Shown piece after piece: positions 48,136 through 58,811 of a stretch of DNA of 64,000 nt. A program made the translations under genes and the position numbers. This DNA is from Selaginella moellendorffii (taxonomy: Eukaryota; Plantae; Lycopodiophyta): positions 590,897-654,896 of the forward strand of contig NW_003314306.1 in NCBI RefSeq assembly GCF_000143415.4, written 5' to 3'. The notes beneath the pieces were generated by a model. The model ran no database searches. It saw only the letters and a list, made by a program, of their open reading frames with translations, and was not told the origin of the DNA. Each line of letters opens with the position of its first letter. Positions within the stretch are counted from its first letter, which is position 1.

Positions 48136-49850
48136 TTTCTGGATTCATTCATGTGCCATTGTATCAAAGTGGAGAGAAAAGCGAGCATTCACTACAATTG
48201 TTGTGTCTGGTGGCAAGAGTATCTGCTGCGTGGATTTTATTAACGAGCTTCAATCTAAAAGAACCTTTATTTTGATAAGCTTTGACCTCCAAGAGGAACC
48301 ATACGCAGCAAAAATTTATTTACTGTAGATAGATAATAAAAACATTTTATCATCTTTGATAAAAGTTCACATATATACATGACATATGTGATAAATAAAC
48401 AGATGAACACCAAACGTTATTATAATGCCACCTAGTTTTGAATAATTTGCTGCATGTTCATTCAGCTGTAGCAATGATTAGTTCAATAGTTTGCTTGTTC
48501 ATTTAAATATGTCATATGAGTTATTGTAATTGTTTTTTTATCTTTAGATATTTTTAAAATATACATGTTGATAATTTGCATTAATAATAATCTCGAGAAT
48601 ATTTTGTATCCCTTATTAATGCCACAAAAGACATAAACATAAGTTGGGGTCTTTTTACTGCTCCGGTCCACGGCACTTTAAGGTAGTGGCGTTGAAATCA
48701 TACAATGATCACCAACACCGCTTGCTCCCACGCGCTTTTACTTAGTGGAAGGCAGATTTGATCTCCTTGCCTTGCAGATCGAAGCACCACAAGCGAAGAG
48801 GCAGATTTAAGCTTTTGCTGGAGAAAGAAAGATCCATCCACTATGCGAGCTTTCCATGGAGGTTCTCCAGCAGGTCTAGGACGAAGCTTGGGCTCGTCTT
48901 GACTGCAAAACTCCAAGAAAGGTGGTCGTGAACCCGCAGAGAACGAGGCCGTCGAGCTCTTCACTGTCGAGTTGCCAGTCCCGATCACATCAGCACAGGT
49001 TCAGTAGTCTTGGGCTCGAAGATCTCTCGACAATTGGGGTAATTAACGAACTGAGGTGTGCTGGACTGCGCTATGCCAAGAGTGAGCTTGCTTTCAAACT
49101 TTATCTACGCTGAGATGAAAACCAGCGCTGACGACGTGACTTTCGTGGTGGCTCTCACAGCTGGAAAGAAAATCGAAGCCAAGACCAACCGAGACTCTTG
49201 GAAATGTGTTTTGATGGGATTCATATATTAGTAAATTACAGTAACTTTGAAGAGAAAGAAATGTCTTTATTGTAAGAAAATTTCTCTTCTTATAACAATG
49301 TATATTAGGAGACCAAACCACAATTGAATTTTCAGAATATAATACAATAATTTTATTTTACATTCACAGTTCTTAAAATTTGAAGATCCTTTATACCATT
49401 TTATAACATTTCTTATATATAAAACAAGAATGCAATCTAAATAAAAATAAAAATAAGATTTATGATTTGGTGATATTAAAAATTCAGCTTTTAGAAAATT
49501 AAAAGGCATATTACTTATTAAAGTAGTGAGATCAATTGTAAAATCATGTAGGTTATCCTAGCATTTTGAATTTGCAGCAATTTGCGTCAAAAGATTTTTC
49601 CCCATAAATTCATAGCATAATAACCACTCACTATCTAATAAATCTTGCACATATAGTCTGTTAAATTATATTTTCCTCAAAATTTGACAATTGGATAAAT
49701 CATATGTTATAAGTATTAATTAAAGAAATTTTTAAGCTTTTTTCTGTAACAACATAGGACATGATGCAATTTAAAGTATCAAAATATTGTATATTAAATT
49801 ATCCATATGCCATGTGGAAAATAATTTGCTGCACATTGCATGCAGCAACA

Positions 49851-50093
49851 TTTGGTTTCCTTAATAGTAGTCTTGTTTACTATTATTTATTGATCCAATT
49901 TATCAATAATTATAAACATGTTTATAATATATGAATAGTAAAATAAACTAGAATATACTAGGAAGTGTTTTGGAATGTTTATAAATTATAAATACAAGAT
50001 TAATCTAAATGAATAACAACCATTAGATATCACAAAGTATTCAAGCATATTTTACAGTATATTCCTTCAAGTTTGCTTAAGCAAACCAAAAAC
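49851..50093 (-). mobile_element. MITE-like element copy B (inverted relative to copy A)
   Basis: 50075-50093 is the exact reverse complement of 41777-41795; the internal block ggttgttattcatttagattaatcttgtatttataatttataaacat is shared. Confidence 0.75.
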
Positions 50094-50759
50094 TAAGTTA
50101 TACTAAAATAGAATTTTACATAAAAGAAAAATATAAACACAAGAGTTCAGATGAATAAAGCCTGTAGCATACCATCAGGTGGAGATTGTGCTCGCACTTG
50201 TTGTAGATATGGTGGTCTATAGCTGAACCACCCGCCCAATGCTGATGATTTTTAAATCCTTGATTATTCTTAGAATAACCAATATACCAAACCAATAACA
50301 ACTTTTAGTATTGATATTTAAAGAGCACCAATGTCTAAATTATAAGCATTTTCTCAGTGCAGCGAGTGAGAAACTAAGTGGATCAGAGGCAGGACAAATA
50401 AAAGGAGAGAAGGCCACGCAATGTAGCAGGGCGCATGAATCTCTAGAACTTGCTACAGCAACAGGCAGCTGGATCTCATGATCGTTGGAGTCTCCGTTGG
50501 ATTGGAGGAGAAAGGTGTATCTGCTTCTTCCTTTTTACCTTACAGTTTTCAGAGCCTCGTTGGGTGGCAGATGTTCTTAGCAAAAAGCGTTGTGTAGCAT
50601 TATGAGCTTTACTTAAATTCACTCTTTTGCAAAAAATATCTGTTCTCCTCTAGCTCAAGGCATGGTCGTAAACGCCAACACTTTTATCTCGGTTTATATA
50701 CATGGTTTCTATTTGGTGATCTCACAAAAAAAGGTAAGTATAAAGGTTACACATGAATT

Positions 50760-51341
50760 GCAAGGGAAACAAGAGAAAGAGTCGCCTTTGGCAACTTAAT
50801 AACATGGTAAAACAGCGCCTCTTCTCCAGGTTTATTGCTGGCGATGGCGGCTACAAAGCTTCAAATGTCTCTTGGATCTGGCTTGCGGGAGAGGAGGGAC
50901 TCGGAGTGCACAAGTATTCTCCCCAGAAAGAATCAAAGAGGCTGAGGAGAGAGCTCGAGCCCTAAGGCAGCCAAGTTTGTGGAGCACGATTGCTTCTCAC
51001 CGCGTGGTTTTGGAAAAGCTAAAGTCGATGGGCAACATGGAGTTGTCCAAAAGTGTGTACAAGCTCAACCCGTGATTGAGGAGCTAGTCTTTGGGAACGA
51101 ATACTACTTTGCATTGGAGGGCGTGGTGAATGACTGCCCGGAGTACCTTGTGTTCTTCGACGCGTGGGAGAAGCTTACCAGTCTGGAGCTCGTCATGCAT
51201 GCCAATTTCAAAGAGTTTGCTCTCAAGCACAAGCTGGGCAGGAAGATGGGCGACTTAAGGCGGAGGTTTTCCCCTTGTATTGCGTCTTTGCTTTCCGAAA
51301 GATGCCCGGTATTATGGCCGCGCAATCTCCGCCATGGCTGA
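50760..51341 (+). pseudogene. mRNA cap guanine-N7 methyltransferase-like relic
   Basis: QLNNMVKQRL, LLDLACGRGG (SAM motif I) and FGNEYYFALEGVVNDCPEYLVFF..LELVMHANFKEF lie in three different frames; far shorter than a full domain. Confidence 0.7.
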
Positions 51342-51529
51342 GAAGGGTCAAGGGGTCGAATCCCTAGGCTACCTTTTCTTTAAGATTCTTAAAGGGCTTA
51401 AAGCCTAGTCGTTTATATTTTTATAGCATAAAATACTTAATACAAACCCACTTTAATGCTTGGAAATGTACACAATACAAATAAAAGAGAAATGGGTCAT
51501 AGTTAGAACGCACACAGTTCTTTCTTCCT

Positions 51530-52409
51530 TCACTCATCGTCTTCCTCCTCTTCCTCCTGGAAATTCAGCCAAACCAGTCCACTCAGACCAGCTCCAAAAA
51601 AAAAAGGGGAATTTGCAAAAGAACTTACTTCACTCTGCATCTCCTCATCGTCGTCCTTGCCGTTTTCTTTCTCGTTCTTGGCATCTTCTTCCTGCTTAAG
51701 CCAAGATCGTCAGCCCCAAAGCAAAAAAGGAGAAAACAAAAACCTGTTTTTTCTTGTACTCGGTCAGTGTTTTCTCATAGTCGGCTTTCTTCTGCGCAGC
51801 TTTGTCGTGGTAAGGTTTTTTCTCCTGTTAAAACCGTAGTCGATCATAAAAGAACCAATTTTTTTTTCTTTTTCTTTTTCTTTTTGTGTGTACCTCTTCA
51901 GTGAGCCGTTTCCATGCATCACCTCCGGCCTTGCCAACCTGAGAGAAAAAAAACAAAAGAAACCATTAGAAACAATCTCAGTGTTTAAGAGAGCTTCTTA
52001 CAGCTGCAACTCCTTTGATGTTGGGATGCTTGTCTTTAAAAGTCTTGCGATACTCCTCCCTGAAAGCCGTGCCATTAGAACAACCATCTTGAGCAAACCA
52101 TGGAAACAAGAAAAACAGAGAGAAAAACTTGGAAGATAAAAAATCTCACAGGAAGACGAAGAAGGCCGTGGCTGGCCGCTTTGGCTGATTGGGATCAGCC
52201 GCGTTCTTCTTCTTGTCCTTCTTCTGCTTCTTCATTTCCTTGTCCTTCTTTGCGGCAAGCTTCTTCTCTATAGCCTTCCTGTTAAGACATAAAGAAACGT
52301 CAATGTTTTTAGAGATCCAAGCTTTTGACCCAAAAACTCACTCTTTCTCAGCCTTCTTCTGGGCCTTGGCATCGGCTGCCGCGGCCTTCTTCGACTTGGT
52401 GTCCTTCAT
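51530..52409 (-). CDS. HMGB (single HMG-box) chromatin protein, 7 coding exons
   Basis: MKDTKSKK basic start; DPNQPKRPATAFFVFL-EEYRKTFKDKHPNIKGVAA-VGKAGGDAWKRLTEE-EKKPYHDKA; acidic tail EEEEEDDE*. Not shown in the ORF track because the exons are short. Confidence 0.95.
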
Positions 52410-53206
52410 CTTCTTCTGCTAACCTGTCAAAGTTAAACAAAACTTAAAGCCAGAAGAACAAAAAGAAAAAAAAAAAAAAAAACACAATTTTTCTAAAACA
52501 ACTTCCAGATTTGAGACTTTCCACCACAGCCACTGAATGAAAAATGCAGCATGGCACTGAATCCTAGCACACCACTCTTATGACTAGAACTAGAAACCCA
52601 GAACTTCACAGCTTCTTCTTTCTCTACAATCTCTCACTCTTTCCCTCTACTTCTCCACAAACTCACCTTGTAGTCGCGAGCTCGAGGCCTGGAAAGCTCA
52701 GCCGCTGCTCCAATCCACCGACACAGAGCCACAAAACCTAGTCGCAGCGGCACCGCGAGGATCCAACACTCGACCCGACTCAAAGTTGGCAATCCGGAGC
52801 ACAAGCCCGGAGCGGCAGCCTCGCAGCTCTAGGAGCTCAGCTCGGCCCTCTCGATCCCAAATGGACCTCTGGAGCTTCGCCCTCTCGAGCTCCACAGGCG
52901 CGCTCCTCCCTCGGGGAGGCTACTATTACACTTGACAAAAAAACACTTAAACTTGGCCAAAGGCAAAATACTCACAAGAGAGAACTCTCTTCACAAAGCC
53001 TCACACACAACACACAGAAGGGAAGAACAAGGCGGCCAGGGTTTCATTCAACGGGTATATCCTCTGGGGATATTCCTGGCGCCCCGGTCGTACGCGTGTA
53101 CGGCGCTTGGGCCAGCCGCTTGGCGGGAAAGCGAGCGTCTCTCTCTTTCTCTCTCTCACTCCCTTTTTAAAAATCTCTGGCTGGCGCTGAAAGAGATGGA
53201 GCTGCG

Positions 53207-55144
53207 ATGGATCGGACGATCGATCGGACGCAAGCATTTATGAGAATTGGGCATGGCGCGAGCAGGGAGGAGATCGAGGCTGCCGCGGCGGTGTCCAGTT
53301 TCGCGGATCTCGCGAAGGGCTGTGCTGCGAGGAGGGATTTGGGCGAGGCGCGGAGGATCTGCGCTGCGATTGTGGAGAGCGGGCTTGGGAGCGATGGGTA
53401 TCTCGCGAATTTGCTCGTCCAGATGTTTGGGGGATGTGGGGATGTGGGTGCTGCCAGGGAGGTGTTTGATCGGATGGAGCGGCGGGATGTTTTCTCGTGG
53501 AATCTCATGATCCAGGCGTACGCGAGGAATGGGTTTCTTCAGGAGGCAAAGGCGGTGTTTGAGGAGATACCGTGCAGAGATCTCGTCTCGTGGAATTGCT
53601 TGATTGCGGCATTTGCCCAAAGCGGGCATTTGGATGAAGCTTATGAGCTATACATTGAGATGCCAGGCACGAATCTAATCACAGCGAACACTATGATCGC
53701 AATGTTTGTGCACAATAGCGATTTCACATCTGCTAAGATTGTTTTTGATCGAATGCCACTCAGAGATTTGTCATCGTGGAACTCCATGTTCCAAGCATTT
53801 GCCCAAGAAGGCCATCTTTCTCAAGCAAAATCAGTGTTTGATTCTATGCCGGAACGCAATGTGGTCTCTTGGACAGCCATGATTCTCGTGTTTGGCCAGA
53901 TGGGGAATATTTCAGATGCCGTGAGAACATTCTCTCAAATGCCCACCAGGAACATTGTGTCATGGACTTCGCTCTACCAGGCTTACATCCTCAATGGGCA
54001 TTTGGACGCGGCTAAGTCTACGTTTGATCAAATGCCGGAGTGGGATCTCGTCTCCTACACGTACATGATCGAAGCTTTCGCATCGAGCGGGAATCTGGAG
54101 CTCGCCAGAGGCCTGTTCGATCGAATTCCCGAGCAGAACATCGTTACTTTGGGAGGAATCCTCAAAGCTTACGTTGAGAGCGGGCATTTGGAGGAGGCCA
54201 AGGTTTTGTTCCAAGGAATGCCTGTGAGAAACATCGTGTGTTGCAATGCGATGATCGCGGCACTGGGTCAGACCGGGGATCTGCTCCAAGCTCGCGCGAT
54301 CTTTGACGCTATGATCCAGAGAGACATCGTGTCTTGGAACTCGATGCTTGAGGCCTGTGGATCGAATGGCGATCTGGATCAAGTCATGGAGCTGCTATCT
54401 CGAATGCCCAAGTGTGATCTTGTCAGCTGGAACACTTTGATCGCAGCCCATGTCGAGAGAGGCCTCTTGATCGAGGCAAGGAAGTTCTTTGACGAGATGC
54501 CGATGAAGAACCTTGTGTGTTGGAACACTCTTCTCTCGGGGTACATTGCCAGGAACCTTGAAGAGGCGAAGTTTACGTTTGATAGCATGAAAGAATGGAC
54601 TGTAATCTCGTGGACAACCATGGTGGCAGCGTTTAACCTCCATGGCTACGTTAACGAGGCAAAGCTGGTATTCACCCAAATGCCCGAGAGAGATATAGTG
54701 GCCTGGAATTCTATGGTGGCAGGATATGCCATGAATGGGAATCTCTCAGATGCCATAAGAACATCCAACGCAATGCCCGAGAGAGATCTAGATTCTTGGA
54801 ACGCAAGAACTGTTCTATACTTTCAATCTGATGGCAATCAAGAGAGCGTTCTCGAGCAATTCCACTTGATGAAAATCCATGGTTCTCGTATAGACAAGAC
54901 GAGTTTCATCAATGTTCTCACGGCTTGTAGCCACCATGGGGACGTGACTGCTGGATCATCAAATCTTTTATCAATGAGCTATGATCACGGCATTTCTCCC
55001 ATTAGAGAGCACTACTGTTGCATGATTGACACCTTGGGACGAGCGGGCAAGCTTAGAGACGCTAGAGATTTGATCGAAAAGATGCCTTTTGAGCCAAGCT
55101 TAATCGCGTGGACAACACTATTCGCTGGCTGTAAGAATTTATAA
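53207..55144 (+). CDS. SS-type PLS PPR protein truncated at the start of the E domain
   Basis: Tandem 31-aa repeats; ends YCCMIDTLGRAGKL..MPFEPSLIAWTTLFAGCKNL*; start may instead be ATG 53240. Confidence 0.92.
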   Translation: MDRTIDRTQAFMRIGHGASREEIEAAAAVSSFADLAKGCAARRDLGEARRICAAIVESGLGSDGYLANLLVQMFGGCGDVGAAREVFDRMERRDVFSWNLMIQAYARNGFLQEAKAVFEEIPCRDLVSWNCLIAAFAQSGHLDEAYELYIEMPGTNLITANTMIAMFVHNSDFTSAKIVFDRMPLRDLSSWNSMFQAFAQEGHLSQAKSVFDSMPERNVVSWTAMILVFGQMGNISDAVRTFSQMPTRNIVSWTSLYQAYILNGHLDAAKSTFDQMPEWDLVSYTYMIEAFASSGNLELARGLFDRIPEQNIVTLGGILKAYVESGHLEEAKVLFQGMPVRNIVCCNAMIAALGQTGDLLQARAIFDAMIQRDIVSWNSMLEACGSNGDLDQVMELLSRMPKCDLVSWNTLIAAHVERGLLIEARKFFDEMPMKNLVCWNTLLSGYIARNLEEAKFTFDSMKEWTVISWTTMVAAFNLHGYVNEAKLVFTQMPERDIVAWNSMVAGYAMNGNLSDAIRTSNAMPERDLDSWNARTVLYFQSDGNQESVLEQFHLMKIHGSRIDKTSFINVLTACSHHGDVTAGSSNLLSMSYDHGISPIREHYCCMIDTLGRAGKLRDARDLIEKMPFEPSLIAWTTLFAGCKNL

Positions 55145-55164
55145 TTTTATAGTTATGCTTTAGA

Positions 55165-55400
55165 TTCAATATTTTGGGTGCGCGGGTCGCTTCTGTGGGC
55201 GGGGATAACACGAACTGGGCCAAATGCCACGTGAATCAACAACAGCAGCTGCTCTAAATTTTGGCAATCTGCGACGGAAAGGTACAAATTGCCACGCGCA
55301 CAAAAATCTGCTGCAATTTAACAATTGCAACTGTGTAAGTCTGTATACCAGAGAAATGCGTGAGCTCCCCTTGTTCTGAGTTGGAATTGAATTTTTGGAG
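55165..55400 (+). pseudogene. Decayed duplicate of Erv1 exon 1 and intron 1
   Basis: gggtcgcttctgtgggcggggataacacgaactgggccaaatgccacgtgaatca matches 57878-57932; gtaagtctgta-accagag..aaatgcgt..ttggaatt matches 58168-58240. Confidence 0.85.
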
Positions 55401-56083
55401 CATTTAACTTCTGTAGGAGTTCCATCACTACAGTACATTCCATGTCTTTAAAATTGAGATTTCTCCCAGTAAACAAGATGCTATATATTAGGTTATATGT
55501 GGAAGTGTTATTGATTATAGATATAACTTTCATCCCAAGGATTTCTGTGTTTTGGAATTGGCTTGAGCTGAGTCGCGATAATCGGAGAGTTTCAACAAAT
55601 CCCCTTACAAGGCATCTAGGGCTCCCTCAATAATTTCTCATTGTTATTAGTGTTGACTAGGGAAAGTTAATAGTCCCAAGTGATTTGTGAGTGCCTTAAC
55701 ACTGGTGTTGTGTTCTTTTGGCTGGGTTCTCTCTTGTGAGGCTTTTGTAAGTTTTGCTTGCACTATGGTGGCTCTTTTCGGGGTGCATGTGGGCAAGAAT
55801 AAGAATAATGCTTGAGGCTTGATTGAGCCCTGCACTACCCTTCGCCAAAGAACTAGTTACATGTAGTAGCAACTAGTGAGGAATATCTGTGCAAGCCAAA
55901 GGGAGGCTCAAGCTCCTTAATTAGGGACTCTTCTCTTTGGTCAATAATAAGTTTTTCAAAAGTCAAGGGTCTTGGAATGACAAAATTAAGGTTACGCCAG
56001 AAAAATTAGGATTGGTCGTCAAAAGCAGTTGTATTTTATATGCTAAAATACAACTTAACTGGTTACATTTTGAAAAAATCATA

Positions 56084-56974
56084 ATGGTAATCTACCAACT
56101 AATTTATTCTATTTTCATATTATTTCTTTTTGAAATTGAGAGTGCATCAATTGAATTTGGATTTAAAGGAAGCACAAATGATGTTGATATGAAAACAATT
56201 GTAAATTCTATAGATTTTATAATCTCAACTCTTAGTCAACAAGATGATTATCCAGAAAATTGGTCACATGCTATTACAATACCTTTATCATTAGGAATAG
56301 TAACCATAAAATTATCACGATTTATAGGAAGACCTCCAAATTGTGCATCAAGTGGAAGTACAAATAGAAGAATAAAAGGGGTAACTATGTATAATAGTTT
56401 TAAAAATTTATTAAATTACAATTCCCTTAAAATGATAGAAGCTGCTGCAAATTATGCAATATTAACCTCCATACAATATCAAATTTATTATAGTCGAGAT
56501 GGCTCTTATGAATCAGAAATTTATAATATTCAAAGTGCACAATCTCTTGAGGATTGTAATATATTTAAAAGTACTTTATATAGTGGTTCTAAACATAAAC
56601 CTCATCATACTTTATTTACAAATGACTATTTGATATCTCCAAATTCTAAAATTATTTTGTTTTTACATTTAAATTGCAATTTAGTTTTATATTCAGGAAA
56701 AACTAAGTTATGGCAAACTTTAACTATGAAAAAAACTATTACCCAATGTTACTTGAGATTACAAAATGATGGTAACTTGGTATTATATTCACAAATAAAT
56801 ATAGTAGAATGGTCTATAAATATATATTGTAAAAGTAAGGAGCAGTTAATTTGTATTTTACCAACTTTTCTTAGTTTACAAGATGATTGCAATTTAGTAA
56901 TATATTCTTCAATATCACCGAATACACAGCTGTGGGCAACAAATACTATAAATAATAATAAATGTATTAAATAG
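56084..56974 (+). CDS. Secreted protein with unassigned N-terminal domain and C-terminal bulb-type (GNA-like) mannose-binding lectin domain
   Basis: Signal peptide MVIYQLIYSIFILFLFEIESA; QxDxNxVxY motifs QNDGNLVLY and QDDCNLVIY plus degenerate HLNCNLVLY; LWATNT end; intronless and very AT-rich. Confidence 0.8.
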   Translation: MVIYQLIYSIFILFLFEIESASIEFGFKGSTNDVDMKTIVNSIDFIISTLSQQDDYPENWSHAITIPLSLGIVTIKLSRFIGRPPNCASSGSTNRRIKGVTMYNSFKNLLNYNSLKMIEAAANYAILTSIQYQIYYSRDGSYESEIYNIQSAQSLEDCNIFKSTLYSGSKHKPHHTLFTNDYLISPNSKIILFLHLNCNLVLYSGKTKLWQTLTMKKTITQCYLRLQNDGNLVLYSQINIVEWSINIYCKSKEQLICILPTFLSLQDDCNLVIYSSISPNTQLWATNTINNNKCIK

Positions 56975-57861
56975 TTTATCTTTTATTTTTAGAGTTTTTT
57001 TTATAAATTTATAAAATGAATAAATCTTATAGTTCCATGCACTAATTTTTATTTAAATTTAATACCAATTTGTTTTACTAATATATGTTTTTATTTAGAC
57101 ATACTTATAAGTAGCATAAAACAATAGAAATAATCAGCTAATATTTATGGAAGAATATTCATTTTCTAAGATGTAGCCTATTGTTTCAGAAATAAAAGTT
57201 CTAAGGCTATTATAGATTAAAGAAATTTTTTTTAATAGGAAACATGTAATTATAATAATTAACAGTAATTAAAAAAGATTGTAAGATTTTAAGACTCACA
57301 GGCCAATTCTCATATTAAAAATTTCATATAGAGTGAGGTAGTCAGCTATTTCTTCAATGAGTAGATTACATAAATCATACAAATACATATCTAAATCCTA
57401 TCAATACTCTATAATTATGGTGTTTCTCACATTATTGTTGCATGATTGATATCTTGGGACAAGTAGATAAACTTAGAAGAAACTTGGGGTTTGCTAAGTG
57501 TAAGATATAATTTGTAGAATATACTATAGATCATAACACTTCTATATACTGGCCAAATAAAATTAAATAAATGTTTTAGAGTTGATAGAAAAATATAGAA
57601 TGAATGGTAAAATACACTCACATAACCAAAATAAAAAGAATAAAAGGAAAAAAGCATGTTTTCAGATGGGATGAATTAGCCCTTTCACTTTTCTAAAAAT
57701 TACCATAAGATCCTAGATGTGAAAACATACTAACTCTAATCAAAAGGGAATGCCAGCAAGCTGGTGAGCATCCTTATGTGGAACAATTCTAAGCTTCAAG
57801 ATGTTTAACCCCTAGAAAGTAAAAAAAATGCTTAAGCTTGTTTCGATATTAGGGTTCGTCC

Positions 57862-58809
57862 ATGGCCGGTGATTGCTGGGTCGCTTGTGTTGGCGGTGAC
57901 AACACGAGCTGGGCCAGATGCCGCGTGAATCAGCGGCAGCAGCTGCTACATTGGGTGGAGGCGGGGCGAAATTTCTTCCACTGGCTTGTTGCGCCCGAGG
58001 AGGATCGGCGATGGAAAGGTGTGCATTTCGCCAGGATCGCTGGCGAAAAATCCCTGATCACCACCGGCGAGTCCCTGATTGCCACTGGCAAGTCCCTGAT
58101 CGCCACTAGCGAGTCCCTTCCGCAAAATTCTAGCGCAATTCAACCGTTGCCACTGGATGATCACGATGTAAGTCTGTAAGTACCAGAGAGAAATGCGTCC
58201 TCTTCTCTCTATCGTTCTCACTTGGAATTAAACTTCCAGGAGCTACAACCGGATTTAACTTCGCTACAATCTCCTGTTACAAGAGAAGATCTGGGACGAG
58301 CTACATGGACTTTTCTTCACAGTCTCGCAGCTCAGGTATATTGGATCCCCCGAATTTCTTTGCTCTTCTGAACGAAAGTTTCTTTGGATTTGCAGTATCC
58401 AGATAAGCCAACACGACAGCAGCAAAAGGACGTGCGAGAGCTTATGGCGATCATCTCGAGAATGTATCCTTGCAAAGAATGCGCGGATCATTTCAAAGAA
58501 GTGCTCAAGTAAGCTAGAGCTTTTACTTCGCTGTTAAAAGTCTTTCTTTTTTTCTTTTTTCCTGTGTAGATCGAATCCTGTCCGCGCCAACTCTGGCGTG
58601 GATCTATCCCAGTGGATGTGTCGAGTACACAACATTGTCAATAGAAGGTAGAGAGTATCTGAAAGTTCTTGGTTTTGCATAACAATTTTGATGCGCACAG
58701 TCTTGGAAAGCCTCAATTTTCTTGCGAGCGTGTGGATGCGAGATGGGGTGCGCTCCACTGCGACGGCGCTTGTGATGTTCATGGCCGCCTACACAGCATG
58801 AAGAGTTGA
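57862..58809 (+). CDS. ERV1: Erv1/ALR FAD-linked sulfhydryl oxidase (multi-exon)
   Basis: [69 protein letters not shown]..CDGAC; stop at 58807-58809. Confidence 0.93.
58047..58117 (+). repeat. 21-bp coding tandem repeat (~3.3 units) in Erv1 exon 1
   Basis: Unit close to aagtccctgatcgccactggc, encoding KSLITTG-ESLIATG-KSLIATS-ESL. Confidence 0.85.
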
Positions 58810-58811
58810 TC

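Noticed and set aside
48698-49200. Moderately GC-rich coding-like patch
   Set aside because: Stops in all frames and no recognisable motif; cannot support a call.
55820-55841. TGATTGAGCCCTGC resembling the 5' part of miR171
   Set aside because: The 3' third does not match and no complementary star arm was seen nearby.
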